DNA from: a virus
Reading direction: 5' to 3' (one strand)
Virus record (IMG/VR): IMGVR_UViG_3300027852_000039
Coordinates: 1 to 64,000 of that record
DNA length: 64,000 bases
A program made the position numbers and the translations under genes. Shown here one piece after another: positions 1 through 8,942 of this stretch (the stretch's first letter is position 1; each line of letters opens with the position of its first letter). The notes below the pieces were generated by a model. That model was not told the DNA's origin, did no database searches, and worked only from the letters and a program-made list of their open reading frames with translations.

Positions 1-2
1 CA

Positions 3-1439
3 TTAAAGCCTATTGGAGTTACCCTTGGAACTACAATAGGCTTTAATGAACCGGTCTGTGCGTTCAAGCCCGAGCCGATAGCAAAGAGAATCATCGCAGA
101 ATGGCGAGCGGGAACACTCGCCTTCGCAACGTTCAAGATCATCCCCGGACTTGAGCAAGCTTCGGAGTATTGGGCGAACTACATAGGAGTAATCGGAAGC
201 CAACAATACGTCCACAGAGGGAGCGCGGCGGTCGATTGTGATCCTCGTACATCTGACGGACATTTCGCTCATTTGGGATGGACATCCAGCTACACGCTCG
301 GAGGTTCAAGCCCCTTCCCAGGCGATCATGATTGGTTCGAGACGAAAACAAGTTTAACCGCCGTTGCCGTTTACCGAGCGACAGCGACGGGTCCATGGAA
401 TGAACTCGTCTCGGACGGGTCGTCTCTCATCATGCACGACATCTATGACGGCGCGACGTGGGCACAAGACGAAGCGCTGTACGCGGGAGCGACTCTTTAC
501 GGGTCGACGAGGAGCTTTCCGTTTTCCGGTGGAGTGGATCAAGGGGATAGGATTGAATTTACATCGATGTACGGCGTCTATATGCGGTGGACAGATGATT
601 ACGAAGCCGCGTCGATTGATTGGGTCACTGGAGTTCAGGCGGATGCGAGCGCGTGGGTCGCCCTGAACAACGGAGTGTACATTAAGTTTTCTCACGCTGT
701 CGCTTCCGCGTTCAACGAGGGAGATTACTGGAGATTCTTCGGTTCGTACAGATACAGGCCAGAGAACATATACAACTACAATCAGCGCGAGTCATGGAGA
801 TCGACCGATGGATCGGGCGAGTACGTCTTGATCGATCTCGGAAGCGGGAATACTCGCGCGTGCGATGGCGTCGGGATCCTGAACTCAAACCTCACTCCGG
901 AGTCGACTGTAAGACTCCAGGGAGGAGACGGTTCGTCGTGGGATTATCCTCCTTTGAATGAGACGCTCACGGTCGGAACCGATGGGACGCTGTTGACAAG
1001 GATTACGAACTCGACCGCGTATAGATACTATCGTCTATACCTGGACGATTCCGAACTGAGCTTCTTCGAAGTCGGAGCGTTCTTCCTCGGACGGGCGATC
1101 GACTTTTCTTACGAACCCGCTCCTCCGTTCGGACTAACTGAGCGAGACTCCATCCTGATCGGAGAAACACCGTACGGTCAGAGAAGTGCGAGACATCAAA
1201 CGGACAGGGAGATGTTTCAGCTTTCATGGAACCCGATCGATCCCGAAGATTATACACGACTCGTGGACCTTCGAAGAGTTGTCAAGGGCGGGAAACAGCC
1301 GTTTATTTTTGGACTTGCCGGGGAGACTCATTTCGTCCGATGGATGAGCGATTTTACGAGAACGCGTCGAGTCGAGGCTGACGGATCAAACGCGCTGCAT
1401 TCAGGCGTTCAGGTGATCTTCGAAGAGGAGCTTCCCTAG
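3..1439 (+). CDS. Virion tail protein (5'-truncated) with a discoidin/F5-8-like carbohydrate-binding region and a distal-tail-like C-terminus
   Basis: Frame is open from base 3, so the gene extends beyond the 273 start in the ORF track. Motifs WRST..EYVLIDLG and YRYYRLY are typical of F5/8-type domains. It lies directly upstream of the hub-like gene. Confidence 0.6.
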   Translation, partial: LKPIGVTLGTTIGFNEPVCAFKPEPIAKRIIAEWRAGTLAFATFKIIPGLEQASEYWANYIGVIGSQQYVHRGSAAVDCDPRTSDGHFAHLGWTSSYTLGGSSPFPGDHDWFETKTSLTAVAVYRATATGPWNELVSDGSSLIMHDIYDGATWAQDEALYAGATLYGSTRSFPFSGGVDQGDRIEFTSMYGVYMRWTDDYEAASIDWVTGVQADASAWVALNNGVYIKFSHAVASAFNEGDYWRFFGSYRYRPENIYNYNQRESWRSTDGSGEYVLIDLGSGNTRACDGVGILNSNLTPESTVRLQGGDGSSWDYPPLNETLTVGTDGTLLTRITNSTAYRYYRLYLDDSELSFFEVGAFFLGRAIDFSYEPAPPFGLTERDSILIGETPYGQRSARHQTDREMFQLSWNPIDPEDYTRLVDLRRVVKGGKQPFIFGLAGETHFVRWMSDFTRTRRVEADGSNALHSGVQVIFEEELP

Positions 1440-1440
1440 T

Positions 1441-1629
1441 ATGCCTCTCGACATCTCTGCGGACATGTGGGATGCAATCCGCGATCGCAACAGAAAATTC
1501 CAAATCGTCGTCAAGATCGAGTGGCCTAACGGGACGAAGGTCTACGGAGGAAAGGCGGGGGTCTATATTGCTGATATTGGCGGGACGGAACCGATCATCG
1601 ACCGAGACGAGCTGGAAGGGAAGTATTGA
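1441..1629 (+). CDS. Small tail protein resembling the N-terminal segment of a tail hub/baseplate protein
   Basis: 62 aa, GAGGAG RBS, FQIVVKIEWPNGTKVYGG; TGATG overlap with the next gene. Confidence 0.55.
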   Translation: MPLDISADMWDAIRDRNRKFQIVVKIEWPNGTKVYGGKAGVYIADIGGTEPIIDRDELEGKY

Positions 1630-4556
1630 TGTCGACAAGAGCGTGGAACTTTACGGAATGGGATCTTTACGTTCAGAAGCTCGTCGCGCAGGGAACGAAC
1701 GCGCGGATTGCGAACGACTATTTCGGTAGAAGGAACTTCAACCCTGCGGACTACGGTCGAGGGAGCGCGTTCGCGGCGCATAATCTGTACATGGGAATCG
1801 GAGCGTGTGAGCACGATTACGACGAAGACGGCGTGGACGCTCTCTCGAATGCTGGAGCCGTATGGATCTTCGAGAGAGCGGACTATGAACAGGCGACACA
1901 GTACGAATTCAAACAGAAAGTAACGGGGTTCGGTACGAACGGAAGAGCGGCGGGAGACCTGTTCGGCGCTGCGCTTGACATCTATCTCGATCGCATGGTC
2001 GTTGCCGCTCCTGGACAGGACTACGACGAGGACGGAGACAATTTCCTCGGAAGCGCTGGAGCGGCATACGTTTTTCAAAGACACTCGATCACTGGAGCGT
2101 GGACAGGAATTCAGAAGCTCGCGGGAAGCGGGTTCGGAACAAACGATCGGATCGCAGGAATGTATCACGGCGGATCCGTCGCGATGTCCGAGGAGTGGCT
2201 TTTCGTCGGAGCGGAAGAACACGAATACGACAGGAACGGGGAGAACTACTTTCAGAGCGGGGGACACGGACCCGGAGTCATCTTCGTTTACAAGTGGAAC
2301 CAGAGCTTGAATCAGTACGAAGCGCATTCTCGGATTTCTCTTCCTGCTGTTTATCGGAACGCGAACTGTCTGTATTTCGGACTGAACTGCGCTGCATGGT
2401 ATCCGCATATGATTTCATCCGCGTGGATTCATGGTCTCGACGAAAACCTCGACCCCTTGTCGACATGCGGAGCGGCATATGTTTTCAAGTACAATACAGG
2501 AGCGGACGAGTGGGGGTTCCTTCAGAGGTTGATTCCATATTTCAGCGACCATGAGACAGTCGATTACGAAGCGGTTCAACGATTCGGGTCTGACTGCGAT
2601 ATCCTCGACGAATTGATAGTCGTCGGTCATCTTCAGAACAACCACGACGAAGACGGCGGTTTCTCTGCGGCGACGACGGGAGCGGCGCATATTTACGAAC
2701 TGAACGCAACGAGCGGACTGTATGAACACACGAAGAAGCTCGTCAAGTTCGGAGCGTACTCGGAGCTAAACTTCGATTGGATGGGAGACGGCGTTTGCTG
2801 TATGCATAGAGATCTCGTCGCGGTTGGAGTTCCTCATCACGGGTACGACCAGGACGGAGACGACTTCGTCTATCGGTCCGGAGCGGTCTATGTCTACGAA
2901 AAGGTCAACGGCATCTGGACGGACAAGCTGAAACTCGCAGCGGCGGACACAGCGAACTTCAGAAACGCGAGCGACTATTTCGGGAAACAGGTCCAGTCGG
3001 ATCGAGCGGGAGGGCTTTACGCTGCTTCTACGCAACAGTATTTCGACGAGAACGGAGAGAACAGCATTCAATACGCGGGAGCGATTTATCTCCTCGGTGG
3101 TCAAGATCCGATCGTTGATTATCAGGTCTACCATTTTAACCCGGATGCAAACCTTCTCGGAAAGCTGAAGAGCGTCCAGGGAGTAATCTCTCGAGAAGTG
3201 AATTTCGCAACGGGAGAGATTCCAGCGAACTCGATCACGATGGTCTTCGATAATACGGACGATCATTTTTGGAGAGAAGACATCGAGCAAAACATCGTGA
3301 ACACCCCGGTCTCATTAAAGCTGTACATGGACGGCGTAACGGGATCCGGTCTTCTCATTCACAAGGGAAGGATCGTCGACTATACCTTCGGGGAGGGGGA
3401 GTTTCAGTGCGTGGTCGCGGACGTCGGCGCGGAGATCCGGAACAAGATCATTCCCACGAGAGCGGTGTCCCCCTCGACAGGGTTCACGCAAGCGGGACAA
3501 CACGTCATCGATCGGTTGTCGCAGGACTCGCGTCCGGTCATGATTCCGTACGGGAGTCTGTACGATGAAGAGGGCGCATGTCCGACCGTTCTGTACGATA
3601 CGGAAAGCTACAGATATCTCTGTGCGGGTTGTACGATCAGCCTGATCGACCAGGTCTATGTCGATGGCGTGTCACAGACGAGCGGGTTCACAACCAACCT
3701 CGGATCCGTGGGCCCGGACGGCGAGATCGTCGCGTTCATCGAGTTTGCTGCGGACAAGGGACAGAGCGTCGTTACGTGGAACGGGGAAGGGAAACTCGAT
3801 TACAAGGACGAACTCATGGAGAACGGGGTCGACATCATGGTCGACGTTCTTCAGACGCTTGCGGGACTGACGAGCGGGGATTTCGATCTCGGGAGCTTGA
3901 CGGGAGCGAAGGACAAGGTCACGGGTCTGAAGTATGCCGGGGTCGTGGGATCCCAAACGTTCGAGCGGGTCGGGGAAGTGATTGCGAATCTGTCTCTGTC
4001 CATGAACGCGAGGAGCTTCTTTAACTACGATGATCGATTCTCCTGTCGTGTGGTCGACGGATCAACTCAGGATACGGTCCTTCCGTTGAACGTACACTAT
4101 GACTTCACGCAAGAACCGAGGATCCGGCGCGCCACCGAGGAGTTCATCTCCGGGGTTCGGGTCATGACGAGACAGGTGATCCAATACAAGCGCCGATACC
4201 AGGAAGGTCAATACAAAGGATACAAAGAGATCTCTTCCGAGGTCTTCCGTAAGCAATACGGATTCCGGTCCCACTCCTCGGGAGTCCTTCAATCGAGTTG
4301 GATCCGCGACGACGACACAGCGGATTGGTTGATTCAAACCCGCTTCGTCCGGTTCCGGAAGCCGTTGTACTATCTCTCGGGGAACCTCTTCTTCGAGGCG
4401 CTCGAAGGGGAGATCGGGGATACTGCGGAGATCACGCGAGCGAGCGTCCCCGCTGATTCGGGTCGATACGATTGGAACGGGAAAGCGTTCGAGATCGTCC
4501 GGGTATCCGTGGACCCGAACAACATCGGCGTTCAGATGGCATTCCTTGAGATCTGA
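1629..4556 (+). CDS. Tail tip/hub protein with N-terminal FG-GAP (integrin-alpha-like beta-propeller) repeats
   Basis: About 7 repeats such as DYFG..GA..D.DEDG....AGA[AV]Y[VI][FY] over the first ~490 aa, followed by a hub-like region (ISREVNF..G..NSITMVFDNTD; lambda J-like EIGDTAEI tail). Confidence 0.7.
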   Translation: MSTRAWNFTEWDLYVQKLVAQGTNARIANDYFGRRNFNPADYGRGSAFAAHNLYMGIGACEHDYDEDGVDALSNAGAVWIFERADYEQATQYEFKQKVTGFGTNGRAAGDLFGAALDIYLDRMVVAAPGQDYDEDGDNFLGSAGAAYVFQRHSITGAWTGIQKLAGSGFGTNDRIAGMYHGGSVAMSEEWLFVGAEEHEYDRNGENYFQSGGHGPGVIFVYKWNQSLNQYEAHSRISLPAVYRNANCLYFGLNCAAWYPHMISSAWIHGLDENLDPLSTCGAAYVFKYNTGADEWGFLQRLIPYFSDHETVDYEAVQRFGSDCDILDELIVVGHLQNNHDEDGGFSAATTGAAHIYELNATSGLYEHTKKLVKFGAYSELNFDWMGDGVCCMHRDLVAVGVPHHGYDQDGDDFVYRSGAVYVYEKVNGIWTDKLKLAAADTANFRNASDYFGKQVQSDRAGGLYAASTQQYFDENGENSIQYAGAIYLLGGQDPIVDYQVYHFNPDANLLGKLKSVQGVISREVNFATGEIPANSITMVFDNTDDHFWREDIEQNIVNTPVSLKLYMDGVTGSGLLIHKGRIVDYTFGEGEFQCVVADVGAEIRNKIIPTRAVSPSTGFTQAGQHVIDRLSQDSRPVMIPYGSLYDEEGACPTVLYDTESYRYLCAGCTISLIDQVYVDGVSQTSGFTTNLGSVGPDGEIVAFIEFAADKGQSVVTWNGEGKLDYKDELMENGVDIMVDVLQTLAGLTSGDFDLGSLTGAKDKVTGLKYAGVVGSQTFERVGEVIANLSLSMNARSFFNYDDRFSCRVVDGSTQDTVLPLNVHYDFTQEPRIRRATEEFISGVRVMTRQVIQYKRRYQEGQYKGYKEISSEVFRKQYGFRSHSSGVLQSSWIRDDDTADWLIQTRFVRFRKPLYYLSGNLFFEALEGEIGDTAEITRASVPADSGRYDWNGKAFEIVRVSVDPNNIGVQMAFLEI

Positions 4557-4568
4557 ACCCCTCTTTCC

Positions 4569-4587
4569 GGGAAACCTCGGGTTTCCC
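4569..4587 (+). terminator. Hairpin ending the tail operon
   Basis: GGGAAACC-TCG-GGTTTCCC perfect stem 12 nt after the stop; weak U-tract. Confidence 0.45.
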
Positions 4588-4616
4588 CCTCAGAAGCACA
4601 AGAACCCCTCAAATTT

Positions 4617-4674
4617 GCGTTGACCCGAACCCACGTCCGATCATCGCGTTGACCCGAGGTCGTCCGTTTGACCC
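4617..4674. repeat. Direct repeats GCGTTGACCCGA (x2) plus partial GTTTGACCC
   Basis: Copies at 4617-4628, 4646-4657 and 4666-4674 in the intergenic gap between late and early modules. Confidence 0.6.
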
Positions 4675-4853
4675 TGTACGGGGGCCCTCCTATGGGGTCG
4701 ACCGCGCGCGATCCCCCTGAGAGACGCAACCCCGCGTCGATCGACAGATCTCGACAGAGTTCTCTGTTCTCCAATCGAGATTGACTCTCGACCGAGACTA
4801 GGCGAAAATAGACTTTGATAAGGTTTAATAACATCGGAAAGGAGGTGAGATGG

Positions 4854-5060
4854 ATGGAGGACAAGCTCTTGACGGCGGCGCAAGTGGCGAAGCTCCTGGA
4901 CGCGGGAGAACAGTACGTCCGGGAACTCGTCACGAAGGGGGAGATCCCGCATCTGTTCCTACCAGGGAAGAAGCGGGGACTCAGGTTCCGGGAGTCGGAG
5001 ATTCAGGGATGGATCGCGAAGCTCTCGGAGGAACAGCGGGAAGAAAGGAAGATCGGATGA
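4854..5060 (+). CDS. Excisionase-family/HTH_17 DNA-binding protein
   Basis: LLTAAQVAKLL..GEQYVRELV..GEIP......LRFRESEI..W; GGAGGTG RBS. Confidence 0.8.
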   Translation: MEDKLLTAAQVAKLLDAGEQYVRELVTKGEIPHLFLPGKKRGLRFRESEIQGWIAKLSEEQREERKIG

Positions 5061-5079
5061 GCGGTCCCCGAAAAACAGA

Positions 5080-5107
5080 ACGCTCCCCGGAGGGAGCGTC
5101 CTTTCTT
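5080..5107 (+). terminator. Intrinsic terminator
   Basis: ACGCTCCC-CGGA-GGGAGCGT followed by CCTTTCTT. Confidence 0.6.
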
Positions 5108-5201
5108 CGGAGGAGCTTCACGAAGACCGCGAAGCGGTGAAGAGGATTTCACCGTAACCCAAAACGAAGACACTGTCAACGGAAAAACGGAGGAGAAGAG
5201 C

Positions 5202-6137
5202 ATGACGAACGGCGAGCGTAGTGGAATGGATCCGGAAGACCCCGGATACGATGGAGAGTACATCGAGGATGAGGCGTCGGTAGATACGCAAATCATGAAG
5301 TACGATCCGCACCTTCTCGAAAAGCTGGAGGTCACGCATCTCGCGGCGAAGAAAGCGATCGAGATGATCGACGATCTTGTGAAGACATCTCTTCGCATGA
5401 CCAAGTCGCGCCATTGGTACGACTACGAAGGGAAACCCTACCTGAAGGAATCCGGAGTCATGATCGTCAAGCGCGGTCTTCCGGTCGAGATCGAACCGCT
5501 CGGGGAAGTGAAGTGGGAAACCTTTGACGACGATCGTGGACCGTACTATGTGGGATCCCGAGATTTCAAAGCGTCCTGGACGAACGGGATGTTCGGGTCG
5601 GTGACGGTCACGGGGACCGCGTCCTCGCGAGATGCTCTCGTCGGAAGGAAGGGAGGAGAGGACGTCCCCATTCAGGAGATTGACCGAACAAAGGTTATGA
5701 GGAAGCTTGACACGAACGGACGACGTCGAGCTTTGATGCGTCTTCTCGGAGTGGACGATATCTCGTGGAAGGAATTCGAAGAACTGACAGGGGTCAAGCG
5801 TGACGAACTGGAGAAAGTGTCGTACGCGGGAGCGGGAGCGGACAAGACTGAAGGATGGTCGGAGGAACAGAAAGACAAGGGCGAGAAAATGCGAGCGTGG
5901 ATTTTGGAGATGCACGGCAACAACGCTCAGACGGCGCAACAGTACCTCGAAGATCTCACGACCTGGACTCCTCGGGGAAAGAGCGAACCTGTCAAGGGAA
6001 AGAGGACAGTCAAGGCGCTCACGGGAAAACAGATCGACATTCACTTCAAGAAGGTCAAGAACGACTTCGATAGCTTCCAGCGCGGACAGGATCGCGGCGG
6101 GAAGGAGACGGGCGAGCGAAAGGATCTGTTCGACTAG
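5202..6137 (+). CDS. Probable single-strand annealing/recombination protein
   Basis: 311 aa; GKPYLKESG motif and K..TN..RRA..RLLG; located before a Cas4-like exonuclease; ends in KDLFD. Confidence 0.5.
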   Translation: MTNGERSGMDPEDPGYDGEYIEDEASVDTQIMKYDPHLLEKLEVTHLAAKKAIEMIDDLVKTSLRMTKSRHWYDYEGKPYLKESGVMIVKRGLPVEIEPLGEVKWETFDDDRGPYYVGSRDFKASWTNGMFGSVTVTGTASSRDALVGRKGGEDVPIQEIDRTKVMRKLDTNGRRRALMRLLGVDDISWKEFEELTGVKRDELEKVSYAGAGADKTEGWSEEQKDKGEKMRAWILEMHGNNAQTAQQYLEDLTTWTPRGKSEPVKGKRTVKALTGKQIDIHFKKVKNDFDSFQRGQDRGGKETGERKDLFD

Positions 6138-6149
6138 GAGGGGACGACG

Positions 6150-6284
6150 ATGGAGACACCGGAAAGTATCGCGCAATTTTTGATCGAAATCGCTGCGGAT
6201 ATCAAGAACGGGAAACCCATTCCTTCGGCGCTCGACGAACTAGAGGAAGCTCTCGTAGAGTGGAGAGAGGAGTTCGGTGAATGA
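6150..6284 (+). CDS. Hypothetical protein (44 aa)
   Basis: GGAGG RBS, ATGA overlap with the next gene. Confidence 0.55.
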   Translation: METPESIAQFLIEIAADIKNGKPIPSALDELEEALVEWREEFGE

Positions 6285-6802
6285 ATGAAGGCGAACACTT
6301 CTATATCGAGACGTTCGTGAATCCGGACGCGTGGGACTTTGCAGCGGAGGACGCCGATCTGTTTATGGACTTGCTCTTCAGGCTGCTCTTCGAAGAGTTT
6401 CAGAAGACCATGAAGAAGATGAGGTTCAAAGGAGACGTGTCGCTTCGATGCAAGGTCGACACGGTCCTTTTCCCTCCGCATTCGACGGAGACGACGATCG
6501 AACAGATCGAGGTCAAGGCGAAACCTTTTGTCCGGATCCGGATGTTCGTCAAGATGCTGAAGACCCACGATCGAGAGCGAGCGTGGAAGTACGGGATCCC
6601 GGAACCCTGGATCGAACGAAACACGCTCGCGGGGCAGGCGCGTATCCTCGCGGTTCGATGGGAAGAGCTTTGTACAGAGCTCTCGAAAACAAGAGAGGGT
6701 CGCTTCGTCCTTTGGATTGCGGAGATCCTCGGGAGGTTTTTGGAATGGACAAGGAGAGTTGTTCACCGTCGCCGGCCGATTCCACGGCGTTCTCGACGCT
6801 GA
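6281..6802 (+). CDS. Hypothetical protein
   Basis: ORF track; coupled to the upstream gene. Confidence 0.55.
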   Translation: MNEGEHFYIETFVNPDAWDFAAEDADLFMDLLFRLLFEEFQKTMKKMRFKGDVSLRCKVDTVLFPPHSTETTIEQIEVKAKPFVRIRMFVKMLKTHDRERAWKYGIPEPWIERNTLAGQARILAVRWEELCTELSKTREGRFVLWIAEILGRFLEWTRRVVHRRRPIPRRSRR

Positions 6803-6994
6803 CAGAGGAGATGATCCTCGACCTGTTCGAGATGGTTCCGAAGAACGGGGATCCTCCTCGTCTCTGGATTCGTTACGACGGAGATCTCTTCCCATTTGAA
6901 GAGGTCGTTCGGGGAGCGCTCCCTCAATTCTGGTTTTGATTTACTACTATCTGATTAGCTAATATGTTATTAGCTACGGAAGGCGGAGGAACTT

Positions 6995-7222
6995 ATGATC
7001 TACACGGACGGAGCGCACTATATGAGGATCAAGGGCAACAGAGGACCAGGAAGAGAGGTCTTCGCAATCTATCGAACCCCGGATCTGAAGAAGAAGGGAA
7101 CGGGGGTGAAGATCCGGACTGATTCATTTCAAGGTATTCGGCTAAACCAAGAGAGCGCGGAGACGGCGCTCGCGGAGTATGCGGTAAAGCGAGGATGGAA
7201 ACCTTTGAGCGAGGGGGGATGA
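6995..7222 (+). CDS. Hypothetical protein
   Basis: GGAGG RBS; AT-rich sigma70-like element upstream (TTGATT-18-TAATAT near 6936-6965). Confidence 0.6.
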   Translation: MIYTDGAHYMRIKGNRGPGREVFAIYRTPDLKKKGTGVKIRTDSFQGIRLNQESAETALAEYAVKRGWKPLSEGG

Positions 7223-7225
7223 ACA

Positions 7226-7597
7226 ATGGAGCTTATTGACAGGATGAGAGACAACCGGACGAGAAAGGGGGATGGACCGCGCGCGGAATGGAGATGTTCG
7301 GAGAGCGGATGTGCGGAGCGCGTGACTCATATTATTTTTCATCCGGACAACCCGCGTTACTGGAAAGTCTGTCTCGGGTGCGGGGAGCGACTTCAGAGCG
7401 CTCGGGATAAAGCGACTCCGAGGGGTTTGGTTTTGGAAGGAGTCGACAGCTACTATTATCGAAAGGACTGGAGGGTGTTCAAGCGAATCGCTCTTCGACA
7501 CCCTGAGTTCCTTTCCCCGAGGATGGTCGACAAGTGTCACGATGAGAACCGCAAGTCGGAGGAACGAAGAGATGAGCGACGAAGAGGTAACGGTTAA
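7226..7597 (+). CDS. Hypothetical zinc-finger protein
   Basis: CxxxxC and CxxC motifs. Confidence 0.55.
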   Translation: MELIDRMRDNRTRKGDGPRAEWRCSESGCAERVTHIIFHPDNPRYWKVCLGCGERLQSARDKATPRGLVLEGVDSYYYRKDWRVFKRIALRHPEFLSPRMVDKCHDENRKSEERRDERRRGNG

Positions 7598-8633
7598 AGC
7601 GGAGGAGGTCGAGGATCTCTCGAAACAGAAACCGACGAGGAGGATCATTCGTCCGAGCGAGCTTCCTCCGAGAACGGTCACGCTGAAGCGACCGGACATT
7701 ATCGGGAGACTCGTCGAATCCAAGGCGAAGAAACAGGAGCGTTATCCGGTCTACTCTAATTGGGCTTCTATGATGGGAAGCCCCTGTATCCGGGAACTGT
7801 TTCATCATAGAGTGAACTGGAAGTTCCGGGAGATGCCTGATCCCGAGAAACAGTTCCTCTTCGAAGGTGGAGCGTGGATCGAAGACAAGGCGTACAGGGA
7901 TCTTCAGGACGCGGGGTTCCGCATTGAGGCGCAAGGCGCACGCTTTGAGATCAAAGACCGTAAGGAGAACATCACGGGAAAGATCGACATGCGTCTGATA
8001 TGGGAACGTCTCACGATCCCCGTCGAGGTCAAGGGTCTTCAGATGTGGGACGCGGAGAAGCTCAACAGCGTTCACGACTTTTGGGAGTCCTCGAAACCCT
8101 GGATCAAGAAGTATCCGTGTCAATTGCTTTTGTACATGTTCGCGCATGGGTCCGAGTGGGGTTTCTTCTACGTCGTGAATAAGCTCACGATGTTTCCGAA
8201 CGTGATATGGGTCAACCTGTACGATCATCTCGATTACGTGACGGAACGTCTCGAAACGGCGATCCTCGTGAACAAGTGCATCAAGAACCCGAAGCTTCTC
8301 GACAAACAACCGAACAAGGGGTTCAACACGGACCCGGACTACTGTAAGAACTGCGATTACTTCGCGGTCTGCGGTCCTCCGGAAGCGTACGAAGGCGCAG
8401 CGATCGAAAACGATCCGGAGATCCTGAAGCTCCTGGACACGAGGGGAGCGAACGAGAAAGCTCATAGGGCGTTCGAGCAAGCGGACCGGATATTAAAACC
8501 AAAGATCAGGGAAAGGGAATTCCGCTGTGGAGACTGGATCGTGACCGGGAAGAAGGGGTCTCGTCCGAAGATGGTCGCTCACGAGACGGAACGAAACGTG
8601 ACATGGACAGCAAGGATTAAGAGGATTGAGTAA
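7572..8633 (+). CDS. Cas4-like PD-(D/E)XK exonuclease with a 4Fe-4S cluster
   Basis: N-terminal Cys (SPCIR), GKID..EVK, QLLLY, C-terminal CxxCxxxxxC (CKNCDYFAVC); no CRISPR array or other cas genes nearby. Confidence 0.8.
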   Translation: MSDEEVTVKAEEVEDLSKQKPTRRIIRPSELPPRTVTLKRPDIIGRLVESKAKKQERYPVYSNWASMMGSPCIRELFHHRVNWKFREMPDPEKQFLFEGGAWIEDKAYRDLQDAGFRIEAQGARFEIKDRKENITGKIDMRLIWERLTIPVEVKGLQMWDAEKLNSVHDFWESSKPWIKKYPCQLLLYMFAHGSEWGFFYVVNKLTMFPNVIWVNLYDHLDYVTERLETAILVNKCIKNPKLLDKQPNKGFNTDPDYCKNCDYFAVCGPPEAYEGAAIENDPEILKLLDTRGANEKAHRAFEQADRILKPKIREREFRCGDWIVTGKKGSRPKMVAHETERNVTWTARIKRIE

Positions 8634-8659
8634 GTCGGGGAAGAGAACTCTGAAAAAGG

Positions 8660-8690
8660 AAAGAGCGGAGGATCCGTCCCCCGCTCTTTC
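8660..8690 (+). terminator. Hairpin terminator
   Basis: AAAGAGCGG...CCGCTCTTT inverted repeat after the nuclease gene. Confidence 0.5.
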
Positions 8691-8942
8691 TGGTAGCGCG
8701 TTTAAGGACGTCACTACCGCTCCGCATTCCAGGTTCGAGAGAATGCGTACACGATCACGAACGAGATGTCAAGGAAAATCAGGTCGAATCTTTTTCGAGA
8801 ATTCTCTTTACAAGCTTGGCAGATTCCGCTAATCTCTACCGCATCCAACAATCCCACGGTCAAGTCGAAGTTCAGGAAATAATCCAGCCATACGAAACAA
8901 TCAGAACAGGTCCGTTCAAACGGCGCTCGGGGAGACGAGTGA

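Noticed and set aside
1621-1629. TGA readthrough at AAGTATTGA (same context as 37491-37499)
   Set aside because: The readthrough frame after 1629 is not protein-like; the real continuation is in the -1 frame. The shared context is probably coincidence.
4854-5060. Integration/excision module or prophage boundary
   Set aside because: No integrase, no host genes and no tRNA att site in the window; the HTH_17 alone does not establish lysogeny.
6717-6939. Frameshift extension of 6281-6802
   Set aside because: The downstream frame has its own RBS and ATG (6746 or 6811), so overlapping separate genes explain it without recoding.
7572-8633. CRISPR-Cas system suggested by the Cas4-like gene
   Set aside because: No cas1/cas2 or effector genes and no array of identical repeats with unique spacers. 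Solo Cas4-like nucleases are common phage recombination genes.
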